The notes under the pieces are model-generated. The model saw nothing but the letters and a program-made list of their open reading frames with translations, was not told the origin of the DNA and did not search any database. Made by a program: the position numbers and the translations under genes. 15,664 nt of DNA from Polyangia bacterium. Lineage in GTDB: Bacteria; Myxococcota_A; Polyangia; Palsa-1104; JAEUJZ01. Below are positions 1-7,918 of the stretch, piece after piece; position 1 is the first letter of the stretch, and each line of letters starts with the position of its first letter. The stretch covers positions 1 to 15,664 of the forward strand of contig JAXLYD010000072.1 of the NCBI GenBank assembly GCA_046351655.1. The letters run 5' to 3'.

Positions 1-273
1 CTCACGCGGAATCCGTCCACCCTGAAAGTGGGACGCCGCCAGGAGCGTAGCATCGTCGACAAGCAGACTCCTTCCGTGCTTTTGCATCACATGACACGAA
101 GTACAAAAAGAAGTCTGTTTCGAGTTTTCGATATGTCTGTCGACACCAATCACGCTGGCAGTCACCGGCAGCACAAACAGACCTGTGAATGCCAGCGTCT
201 TGCTCGCGTGGGCTGGCCGAATCAGGATCAGCGCCGCGAGCAGAATCGCCAGTCCAAACAGTACCGCGAGCAT
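1..273 (-). CDS. NapC/NirT/NrfH-family membrane-anchored multiheme quinol-dehydrogenase cytochrome; N-terminal ~91 aa only, gene runs off the window edge
   Basis: Not in the ORF track because no stop lies in the window. Hand translation of the minus strand from ATG at 273-271: MLAVLFGLAILLAALILIRPAHASKTLAFTGLFVLPVTASVIGVDRHIENSKQTSFCTSCHVMQKHGRSLLVDD... Hydrophobic N-terminal anchor followed by the family-typical FCxSCHxM first-heme motif (FCTSCHVM). Same orientation as the upstream cytochrome genes and 46 nt after the cytochrome c start. Confidence 0.6.
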   Translation of the reverse strand, partial: MLAVLFGLAILLAALILIRPAHASKTLAFTGLFVLPVTASVIGVDRHIENSKQTSFCTSCHVMQKHGRSLLVDDATLLAASHFQGGRIPRE

Positions 274-318
274 CTTCCCTCCCTGAACGCTGCGCTGCTG
301 TATGCAAGTGAAGCGTGG

Positions 319-672
319 TTACTTCTTGGCCAGCTTGCGAACGAACATCACCAGACCATCGAGCTGCTCACCCGCGATCTCTGGCGTCGCTGGCATCTTC
401 AGTTCTTTGCCGTCCTTTTGCACGGTCTTGCCCTTGGTGATGCTGTCTTTCAGATCGGCGTCCTTGAAGCTTTCCTGCACTTTCGGATCGGTCAGATCGC
501 GCAGTGGACCACCGAACTTTTTGCGTGCTTGCTCGGTGTCGCCTTTGCCATCTTCGCCGTGACAAGATGCGCACTTTGCTTTCCACGCACGCTTGACACG
601 CGGATCATTTTCATCGGCAGAAGCCGACAGGGCAAACGACAGCAGCGAGGCAATGATGAGGACTTTGCGCAT
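319..672 (-). CDS. Monoheme class-I c-type cytochrome (c551/c552-like), secreted
   Basis: 117 aa. Signal peptide MRKVLIIASLLSFALSASA|DE. Single CASCH heme motif. Distal KMPATPE (Met as candidate sixth ligand). Lys-rich. GGGAGAA Shine-Dalgarno 6 nt upstream of ATG 672. Confidence 0.8.
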   Translation of the reverse strand: MRKVLIIASLLSFALSASADENDPRVKRAWKAKCASCHGEDGKGDTEQARKKFGGPLRDLTDPKVQESFKDADLKDSITKGKTVQKDGKELKMPATPEIAGEQLDGLVMFVRKLAKK

Positions 673-734
673 GATGTTCTCCCTACATCTTGTGTGTGAT
701 CGATGATTTGTTGTCGTCTATGCTTTGTGCAGCA

Positions 735-1796
735 CTACAGCGTGTGGCAGTAGCGACACATTCCGTTTCGCACGATCTCTTGACGGTCGTGTCGCTCCAT
801 CCATTCAGGCGGATGCGGATTCCCACCGAGTCCGCCGACCTTGTGACAGTCTACGCAGTTTGAGCGCGGACCTTGATCGTGGCAGCTTGCGCAGCTTGTG
901 ATGTTCCGTCGGGCTGCAAGACCATGGAACTGCGGCGTACCCGGAATGTTGAATCCCGACGGATGTGGGTTTCGCGGGTTGTCGCTGCGACCACTTACGC
1001 CCTGCTCTTTGTGGCAGTTTTCGCAGAAGCTCTGTCCGTGGCAGCGCAGACACGATGCCGGATCGGCGCGCGTTTCGATGCTGTGTCTGCCGATGAAGTC
1101 GCCGCGGTGAATCAGATCGCTGTCGGCGCGCTCTGGGAATTTCAGCTCAATCGGAGCGAACACCGTTTTGGCATGACAGTCGGCACAGAATGTCTGTTCA
1201 TGACAGGTCGCGCAGCTCTCTGGCGAGGATCGCGCCGGTCGAGCATGGCCCAGTACAAAGTTGCCGCGATGCGAAAACTGCGTGATCGGTTTCTGCGGAT
1301 AGCGGCGCAGATCCTTGTGACAGGTGCCGCAGCTTCCTTGCTCGTATTCCTGCTTGTGGGTATGGCAACCAAAGCACGACTCCATGGTCGGCGGCGTACC
1401 GGGTTGGCCTTTTTCCGACAGCGTCTTGTGGCAGCGGGTGCAGTCTTCTTTGGTCTGCTCGATGTGCTTGGCGTGCGACAGCTTCAGCGTCGATGGAGTC
1501 CGCCGATAGGAAGTCGGGCGAATCGGATCAGAATGACAGAATCCGCACTCGCCTTTCTTTTTGTTGTCTTCGTGGCATTCCAGACACTTTGACTCCTTGG
1601 GAAAGAAGTCCCCTTTCATGTCTTGCGCGTCGTAAATCGGTTCGTGACAGACCACGCAGTCGATCTTGGCTTTGCTGTGGACGCTGTGTGGAACCTTGAT
1701 CGTGTCGCCCCCGCCGATCTTGGCCCAGAATGTCGCACAGGCGACGGTAAATAGAACGCTGGCCAGCAAAAACCAGCGGAGGGCTCGGGCGCTCAT
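735..1796 (-). CDS. Periplasmic or membrane-anchored multiheme c-type cytochrome with 13 CxxCH motifs (doubled-CXXCH type)
   Basis: 353 aa. N-terminal hydrophobic segment (signal or anchor). 13 CxxCH: CVVCH, CLECH, CGFCH, CTRCH, CFGCH, CGTCH, CATCH, CADCH, CLRCH, CENCH, CASCH, CVDCH, CRYCH. Several occur as paired CxxCH-x(3-5)-FCxxCH units. Start ATG overlaps the upstream stop (ATGA at 1793-1796). Confidence 0.9.
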   Translation of the reverse strand: MSARALRWFLLASVLFTVACATFWAKIGGGDTIKVPHSVHSKAKIDCVVCHEPIYDAQDMKGDFFPKESKCLECHEDNKKKGECGFCHSDPIRPTSYRRTPSTLKLSHAKHIEQTKEDCTRCHKTLSEKGQPGTPPTMESCFGCHTHKQEYEQGSCGTCHKDLRRYPQKPITQFSHRGNFVLGHARPARSSPESCATCHEQTFCADCHAKTVFAPIELKFPERADSDLIHRGDFIGRHSIETRADPASCLRCHGQSFCENCHKEQGVSGRSDNPRNPHPSGFNIPGTPQFHGLAARRNITSCASCHDQGPRSNCVDCHKVGGLGGNPHPPEWMERHDRQEIVRNGMCRYCHTL

Positions 1797-3055
1797 TGCT
1801 GCACCTCACGGAAGACTTGCGTTGCGTTGTACGCGAGCTTTACGACAAACTCAACGCGCCTTTCCACAAACGGAGTCACGTCGGCAAAGCCTGTCGCCAC
1901 GATTCGGAAGCCGCGACCCAAGTTGCCTGCAACGGTTCCGGTCCCCGTAAACGAAAACGCTTGTCCGTTTATCGGTTGATCCAAAAAGTAACTGTTGGCA
2001 CCCAGCGTTACAAACCAAGCCGGAGTCAGCTTGTGGGTGCTGTAAAGCCGCGCTTGGACGTAGCCATTGTTTGGCAGTTTCAGTACGCGCAGCTCGCCGT
2101 TTAGCGTCGTGTGATCGCGCTGTCCCAGTGCGACTGTGGCCTTGATTCCGCCGCGCGCTCCGATTCCTTCCATGTTCACGACTGCGCGGAGATCGCCATA
2201 GAAACGGAGTCTGCGGATCGGCTTGAAAAAGACATTCCCGCCGACTTCATCGCGTGTCTCTTGCGAAAACACCGAAAAAATCGAGTTGAGCGGCAGAAAC
2301 AGATCGGGTGCTGTCCGACGATAATCGGCGCCGATCTGAAACATCAGATTGGGAATCCAGGTTGCTGCCACATCGGCTTCCGCAACCCTCGCTTCTGGAA
2401 TCGAATACAGCGTATATCCGGTCAGCGCGATCTGTTCATGGGGAACATAGCGTGCATCGACCGCGATGTCCTGACGGGCGGCGCGGCCTTCCCCCATCAC
2501 TTGGTGAAAAGACACCCCGACTTCGGTGTCCACGGAATGGCGGTAAAACATCCTGCCGCCGAACACCACGTCCCCGCGGCTGACCGAAAAACGCGGCGTG
2601 ACCGGAACGCCCCCGTACCCGCTGATCCCAAGTCCTTTGTAGATTTGCAGAGTCGCCGATCCACCGTCGAGCTGGGTGCTGCGCGCGGCCCCACCAAAGA
2701 CAAACTGACGACCCAGACGTACTTGCACCCTTTTTTTCCAGAAGCTGCCTTCCAGATAGCCAAGATCGATGTCTCCGGACCAGTACTCGTCACGGCCTAT
2801 GTCCAGTTGTACAGAGCCCCAGCCCGACATCACAATGTTGATGCTGTCGAAATAGGGGCGCTTGATCTGCGCTGTGACACCAAGCGATTGATAGACCGGA
2901 ACGACGGTGTGGATCTCTCCGTCCCGTGGGTCAGCACGCCCGGACAGCAGCGTCGATACATTGAATTCGACCGAGTCCGCACGCGCTACGGAAGCCAAAC
3001 ACAGCGCGCCGCACAGAATCGACCGCTTGAGTCTTTGATGGGACTTAGTTTCCAT
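1793..3055 (-). CDS. Outer-membrane beta-barrel (porin-like) component of a porin-cytochrome conduit
   Basis: 420 aa. Signal peptide ...CLASVARA|DS. Alternating hydrophobic/polar beta-strand patterns throughout (IALTGYTLYSI, YVQARLYST, WFVTLGANSYF, GFRIVATGF, EFVVKLAYN). G/Y/aromatic-rich with no Cys motifs. Sandwiched between multiheme cytochrome genes, with an 11-nt overlap upstream and a 4-nt overlap downstream. The ORF is certain; the porin role is an inference. Confidence 0.6.
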   Translation of the reverse strand: METKSHQRLKRSILCGALCLASVARADSVEFNVSTLLSGRADPRDGEIHTVVPVYQSLGVTAQIKRPYFDSINIVMSGWGSVQLDIGRDEYWSGDIDLGYLEGSFWKKRVQVRLGRQFVFGGAARSTQLDGGSATLQIYKGLGISGYGGVPVTPRFSVSRGDVVFGGRMFYRHSVDTEVGVSFHQVMGEGRAARQDIAVDARYVPHEQIALTGYTLYSIPEARVAEADVAATWIPNLMFQIGADYRRTAPDLFLPLNSIFSVFSQETRDEVGGNVFFKPIRRLRFYGDLRAVVNMEGIGARGGIKATVALGQRDHTTLNGELRVLKLPNNGYVQARLYSTHKLTPAWFVTLGANSYFLDQPINGQAFSFTGTGTVAGNLGRGFRIVATGFADVTPFVERRVEFVVKLAYNATQVFREVQQ

Positions 3056-4670
3056 CGGCGACTCCGTTTAGGTGCGTCGTGGTCAGGGCTCCCGGCGGAC
3101 CAGAAAAGAGAATCGTGCCGCTTGCGTCCATGGTCTTGGCGTGGCAGGTCACACAGTCGACAAGTCGCATGGTGGCGGTGTGGTTGGCATCTTTGGGCGG
3201 AATGCCGTGACATGATCCGCACGACGCTTGGTTCTCTGCGTTCCAGATCGGATTCCGATTCACCGTCGTGCTGGTGTCTGTCAGCAGCTTGCTGCCGCTG
3301 CCGTGACAGTACGTACTGGAACACTTGGCGGCTGCGCGATCCCACTTGGGACTGGCTCCTTCTCGATTGCTAAGCTGCGCCGCAAGCGAGGCCGGAAAGA
3401 TGGTGACACCTTGTCCGAACGCTTTGTGAAGGTTGCCGCTGCCCAGAAGTTGCAGGTCGTTGCGGTGGCATTCCGAGCACGCAATCGGAGCGCTCAGCTT
3501 GTGACTGGCATTGACGTGCGCTGCGTGTGCGCCGACGCTGACGAGGCTTGTATCGGTCTTCCGCAACAGATCCTGGAAAGGACTGCTGCCGCCAAATCCG
3601 TGGCAAGATGAGCACTGTCCTTTGCCATCGCCTGCATCGCTCTTTCCGTTTACGTGCAGACCCCCTGTGACAAAGTGTTTGGCATCGTCCACCGTGCGGT
3701 TGTGACAAAGCACGCAGCGGGTGATGCTTGGATCATGGCTCGCAGGGGGCGCGCCGTGACAGGTTCCGCAGATCGCTTGCGTGCTCGGTCCTGTCCACGT
3801 TGGCGTCGTATTCGCTGCATTGAGATCGCCGAGCACAGCACCATGACAGTAGACATTTGTGCACTGCTTGGTCCCGGCATCAAACAGCGGCGGACTTGTG
3901 CGATACATCGCGTAGGGAGTCGCACTGGCCAAGCTTCCAAATGCAATGATCGGAGGCGACGTGCGCAGGGTGTCATCGCTGTTAAACACATGCCCCGGAT
4001 CAAGCCAGGAGACACGCTTTGGATGGCACTCTGTACACGCGATTTGACGACCCAGTGAAGCGCCCGTTGCGTGCGCACGGTGGGCACTTGGCAGACGGGA
4101 ATGGCACGTATCGCAGGTGGTCACGCCTTGCGGATGACAGGTCAGGCACGACACCTTGACTTCGCCCCCTGTCAGGTCTTGACCGTGACAGCCGCTGCAC
4201 GCGCTGAGCTTGTAGTTTGCTTGCCGCAGCAGCGCACCGTGAAACTGCCCGTTTGGATCTTCGGGGTTTAGGATTCCGGCTTGGTGATAGATCGATCGAA
4301 CGTAGGACACACCACAGTCCACGATCCAGGTCCGCAGCGAATCACGGACCGCATCGGAAATGCGCTTGTGGGAATCCGATGTGGTGTCGCTCGCGATGAT
4401 CAAAAGAAGCCGGGAGTTTGCATCCCCAGCGACGGATCGAACAGGCTGGGAACCGCCTCCCAAGACGGACAGATAATCCGATGTATCAAGCCCACCCGCA
4501 GGTGCTGGGCCGCTGTGACAACTGCCACAGTTGTCTTTCATGATCTGTGCTACGTCGTCTTTCCAGCTTGTGCACTGCGTCCGCGTTCCTTGCGGAGTCC
4601 GCGCACTGCCGCAGCCGATGAGCAACATCACTGCACACAGCAGCGATGGATATCCAAGCACCCCGCCCAT
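3045..4670 (-). CDS. Lipoprotein multiheme c-type cytochrome (11 CxxCH + 2 CxxxxCH), OmcB-like family
   Basis: The track ORF 3045..4766 begins at GTG. The likely true start is ATG 4670 (M33), preceded by AAGGAG 8 nt upstream and only 5 nt after the TAG of the upstream gene. N-terminus MGGVLGYPSLLCAVMLLIGC with lipobox LIGC. CxxCH motifs: CGSCH, CSGCH, CLTCH, CDTCH, CTECH, CGTCH, CVLCH, CSSCH, CSECH, CGSCH, CVTCH. Two CxxxxCH motifs (CTNVYCHG, CSSTYCHG), each followed by a CxxCHG. Confidence 0.85.
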   Translation of the reverse strand: MGGVLGYPSLLCAVMLLIGCGSARTPQGTRTQCTSWKDDVAQIMKDNCGSCHSGPAPAGGLDTSDYLSVLGGGSQPVRSVAGDANSRLLLIIASDTTSDSHKRISDAVRDSLRTWIVDCGVSYVRSIYHQAGILNPEDPNGQFHGALLRQANYKLSACSGCHGQDLTGGEVKVSCLTCHPQGVTTCDTCHSRLPSAHRAHATGASLGRQIACTECHPKRVSWLDPGHVFNSDDTLRTSPPIIAFGSLASATPYAMYRTSPPLFDAGTKQCTNVYCHGAVLGDLNAANTTPTWTGPSTQAICGTCHGAPPASHDPSITRCVLCHNRTVDDAKHFVTGGLHVNGKSDAGDGKGQCSSCHGFGGSSPFQDLLRKTDTSLVSVGAHAAHVNASHKLSAPIACSECHRNDLQLLGSGNLHKAFGQGVTIFPASLAAQLSNREGASPKWDRAAAKCSSTYCHGSGSKLLTDTSTTVNRNPIWNAENQASCGSCHGIPPKDANHTATMRLVDCVTCHAKTMDASGTILFSGPPGALTTTHLNGVADGN

Positions 4671-4675
4671 CGCCG

Positions 4676-7105
4676 CTACTCCTTTTCGCGCAAGTAAGGA
4701 GGCTTGTACGGATTTGCGATGTTGTGGACTTTGCTGACAGAAAACTCCGCGCCTTCGCTGTGACACACCGAACAGGTTTCCACCGGCTTGCCCATCGGAT
4801 CGGTCCAGGTATTAAGAGCCGCATGTCCCGCTGCAGCAGAGGTATCGTGACAGCCCAGACACGCCGCGGTTCCGGCCTGTAGATAGGATGTGTTTTGGCA
4901 CTTTCCGGACACGCAGCTCTGTCCGATACCACAGGGGGCCGATGCAGAGCAGCTTGCGCCGGAGTCTCCGTGGCATTTTTTGCAGTTGCGAACATCTTGC
5001 GGAAACAGAATTTCCGAAAAGTCATTCGCAGTGTTCGAGTTGCCGATGTAGACAAGCGCGTTTGGTTTGACAAGACCACTGCGTTCCGCATAACCACCGA
5101 GCAGTCGCGCGAAGTGGGTGGAGTGAATCATCGCCGAAAACAGAATTGTCTGTCCGGGCGTCGGATCGACCGAGATCACACAGGTGTCCGCTTTTCCGTC
5201 GGCATTGGTGTCCTGACAAGTTTCCCAACCAGCGGCATTGCCACGACATTGGCTGCTCATCGTGCAGGCCAGACCGCGGCCCCCAACGATGCGATCGACA
5301 GCGCCAGCGGTGTGACAGATCGAACAGCCTTCCGCATCGCGACGACTACCGCCGTGCGCTTGCGTGACAACGTGGCAGCTATTGCAGGACTCTCGCTTGA
5401 TGACATGGCGCGGCTGAATCGCTTGTGATCCACCGACGCGGAAATCGACCAGTGCGCTGCCGACATCGCGGATCGATGTGCCTTTGTACGTCGTCGTTTC
5501 CACCACGTAGAGCCACGCGGAATAAGTTCCGGCGGGATTGGCCCGCGGCGTAAGTCCAGTCGTGTTCAGTGGCGTCTGTGCGTTCGCCGGCCAAGTCGTG
5601 GCCGGACTGTACGAATACACATTGCTCGCGGAATCAAACGTCAGCGTTCCCACCGTCTTGAGGCTCAGCGACGGATAAATCATCTGCCGATCGTTTGTCG
5701 GCCCACCAATCAGCAGCGTGGCAGACAGCGCAGAATTGGTCTTCAGATCGGTGATCGCGGCACCTGTTCCGTCCGCGACTTTGAAGCTGAGCTTGAATGT
5801 ATCGCCGACCATCATGGCGGCCATCGGACCCGATCCGCCGGATACCGTGACTTCGCTCAGCTGGACTTTGCGGACATGGGTGCGCGTCAGGATTTCGTGT
5901 TTGTCCGGAATCGGCGAAATGCCCGATGAGTCCGCGCTGTGGCACGTCGTACACTGCGCATCGTCTGTTTGCTTGGGATGCGTCGATGTTTCGCACAGCA
6001 GTGAGGCCGGATTGCACTTGGCCAGGCTGCTCTTGCTGGCGCAGTCGGCATCGACGGCACAAACGCCGGTGTACGTGCGGATTGGACTCAGCGTTCCGGT
6101 GTCAAAAAACAGTGCATCGTGACAAGCGCCGCAGGCCTGACGCGACGGCTTTTTCAGATAGCGATCGTCTTTGTGACACTTTACACAGTCTTTTTCCGCA
6201 TCAGGCATCGATGGGAATCCGACGTTTGTAAACAGCGGCAGGGTTGTATCCGCAGGAACGCCGTATTCTGGATGGGCGACGCCGGGGTTTGCCTGATGTT
6301 CACCGCGGTGCACACCATGGACTTTGCGCACCGTCGTGTTGGCACTGTATCCGTCCTGGTTGTGACAGACTTTGCAGCTTGCGATGGGGAATAGATCCAG
6401 CGACCAGTTTCCCAGCGGCGAAAATCCCGGCTCGATGTGATGCATGTACAGCTTGCCGGTCTCGGTTCCCTTGTGACAGTCGGCGCAGCTAGAAGACTGC
6501 GGGTCGCCCGATGCATAGGTTTCCACCGTCGCTGTGCCGATCTGAAAATCGAGCAGAGGGAATATCTGCTGCTGCTCATCTGCGGTCTTGGCCCACAGGG
6601 CAACCGTGTATGTTCCCGCTGCTTCACTTCCGATGGGGGCAAGCTGATACGTCAGCGATCCATCCGATTCCGTCGTCAGACCTGGTGCATTTGGGTTTGC
6701 GTAGGACGGATTCTTTAGGTTGATGTAGTGGTGCTGGCGATCCTTGGCAGTTCGATCGGTGACAGCATTGAGCAGCAGGTTCGCACTCTTGGTCGTGATT
6801 GCCCCGCGCGGACCCACGATGTACAGATTTGCGGTCCCAAGCTCCGACGGCGCGAGGAGGCGTCCACAGTCCGATCCGAGCTTCAGCGTGAGCTTGGGCG
6901 CTTCACCGGGCATGTAATAGGAACCCTGCGCCGGGGGCGAAAGCGCAAGCTCTGCTTTGAAACCGGGGCCGTTCGGATCGCACGCCACCGGATTCATGTC
7001 CGTGCTAGGAATCAGAGATCCGGAAGGACCGATGGGTCCGACGGGGCCTTCGCACGTTGCGAACATCAAGGCACACAGAGAGAGGAGTCTGCTGGTGAGC
7101 CGCAT
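4676..7105 (-). CDS. Outer-surface decaheme c-type cytochrome, MtrC/OmcA-like domain arrangement, probable lipoprotein
   Basis: 809 aa. Signal peptide MRLTSRLLSLCALMFATC (lipobox-like). About 200 heme-free residues, then 5 CxxCH (CADCH, CKVCH, CVKCH, CGACH, CTTCH). About 180 heme-free residues with a Cys cluster (CAVDADCASKSSLAKCNPASLLC), then 5 CxxCH (CNSCH, CSICH, CKKCH, CLGCH, CSVCH). First gene of the operon. Confidence 0.85.
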   Translation of the reverse strand: MRLTSRLLSLCALMFATCEGPVGPIGPSGSLIPSTDMNPVACDPNGPGFKAELALSPPAQGSYYMPGEAPKLTLKLGSDCGRLLAPSELGTANLYIVGPRGAITTKSANLLLNAVTDRTAKDRQHHYINLKNPSYANPNAPGLTTESDGSLTYQLAPIGSEAAGTYTVALWAKTADEQQQIFPLLDFQIGTATVETYASGDPQSSSCADCHKGTETGKLYMHHIEPGFSPLGNWSLDLFPIASCKVCHNQDGYSANTTVRKVHGVHRGEHQANPGVAHPEYGVPADTTLPLFTNVGFPSMPDAEKDCVKCHKDDRYLKKPSRQACGACHDALFFDTGTLSPIRTYTGVCAVDADCASKSSLAKCNPASLLCETSTHPKQTDDAQCTTCHSADSSGISPIPDKHEILTRTHVRKVQLSEVTVSGGSGPMAAMMVGDTFKLSFKVADGTGAAITDLKTNSALSATLLIGGPTNDRQMIYPSLSLKTVGTLTFDSASNVYSYSPATTWPANAQTPLNTTGLTPRANPAGTYSAWLYVVETTTYKGTSIRDVGSALVDFRVGGSQAIQPRHVIKRESCNSCHVVTQAHGGSRRDAEGCSICHTAGAVDRIVGGRGLACTMSSQCRGNAAGWETCQDTNADGKADTCVISVDPTPGQTILFSAMIHSTHFARLLGGYAERSGLVKPNALVYIGNSNTANDFSEILFPQDVRNCKKCHGDSGASCSASAPCGIGQSCVSGKCQNTSYLQAGTAACLGCHDTSAAAGHAALNTWTDPMGKPVETCSVCHSEGAEFSVSKVHNIANPYKPPYLREKE

Positions 7106-7354
7106 GGATATTAGTCTCTTAATGATGATGATAATTCCTCGCGGAACGGAATGGGAAGCTGATAGTCGATCGAATGCTCACGAAAACGTGTCCGCAATCG
7201 GCAAGTGGCTTCTCGATCAGGGTGCAGAATCTAACGCTAGGATCGATTTGAGGGGGCTGTCCGGGGCCGAAATGTGCGCAAACGTCGTCGAAAGATCCGC
7301 TGCTGTGGACATCCTCTTGCCATTTCCGAGAAAATGCAAAAGGGGGTCGAAAGT
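7106..7354. promoter_or_regulatory. Divergent promoter region between the cytochrome operon (-) and the EF-hand gene (+)
   Basis: 249-bp non-coding gap between divergent starts. Contains an AT-richer patch (ttaatgatgatgataatt, 7118-7136), the 8-bp palindrome TCGATCGA and GATC-containing inverted repeats. No confident -35/-10 assignment. Confidence 0.35.
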
Positions 7355-7918
7355 ATGCAGAGCATTTTGTCACCGCTACAGGTTCGCAAGTTCTCCACGC
7401 TGTTTTCCCTGCTAGACACAAATGGAGACGGATGTCTTTCGGAAGCAGACTTTCGCGAGCAAGCGCGGCGGATTTTAGAAGCGTTTGGTCTTGCGCAAGA
7501 TGAACGTCGAGCACGGCTTCTGTTTGAGAGCCGCAGCGAGCTGTTTCATCGTCTGATTTCCGGTGCAGACAAAGACCGCAGCGGAACCGTTTCCTTGGAT
7601 GAGTTTCTGCGCTATTTCGAACGGCAAATTCTCGCGCATCGGGCTGCTGGGGTTGCATCACCGTGGCTTGTGCAGTCGTGTCGTGATGTGATCGAACTGA
7701 TCGATCAAGATCGCAACGAAACCATCAGCGAAGCCGAGTATGCGCAGCTTCTGCGTGCGATGGGAAGCGATGCGGACCCGCATGTAAACTTTGCCAAGCT
7801 GGATCGGGATGGCGATGGAAAACTGACGTTAAAAGAAATGGTGGCGCTGTCGCTGGAATTTATGACCAGCGACGATCCAGATGCGCCAGGGAACTTCTTT
7901 TTCTGTGGGAAGGTGTAA
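7355..7918 (+). CDS. EF-hand calcium-binding protein with four EF-hand loops
   Basis: Track ORF 7274 starts at GTG. Best start is ATG 7355, with AAGGGGG 8 nt upstream. Loops: DTNGDGCLSEAD, DKDRSGTVSLDE, DQDRNETISEAE, DRDGDGKLTLKE. No signal peptide. Confidence 0.8.
   Translation: MQSILSPLQVRKFSTLFSLLDTNGDGCLSEADFREQARRILEAFGLAQDERRARLLFESRSELFHRLISGADKDRSGTVSLDEFLRYFERQILAHRAAGVASPWLVQSCRDVIELIDQDRNETISEAEYAQLLRAMGSDADPHVNFAKLDRDGDGKLTLKEMVALSLEFMTSDDPDAPGNFFFCGKV

Noticed and set aside
28-699. 223-aa plus-strand ORF
   Set aside because: Antisense to the well-supported cytochrome c gene and the NapC-like gene. Q/R-rich composition typical of a GC-rich wrong frame. No motifs.
873-1592. 239-aa plus-strand ORF
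   Set aside because: Lies entirely antisense within the 13-heme cytochrome gene, whose 13 CxxCH motifs make the minus frame unambiguous.
2111-3373. 420-aa plus-strand ORF
   Set aside because: Antisense to the beta-barrel and cytochrome genes. Arg/Cys/Trp-rich low-complexity translation. Spans a gene junction on the other strand.
4671-4766. Longer N-terminal extension (MSQRRRGVFCQQ...) of the lipoprotein cytochrome implied by the ORF track
   Set aside because: The track start is GTG and would overlap the upstream gene by 91 nt. ATG 4670 has a strong AAGGAG Shine-Dalgarno site, sits 5 nt after the upstream stop and yields a proper lipoprotein signal peptide.
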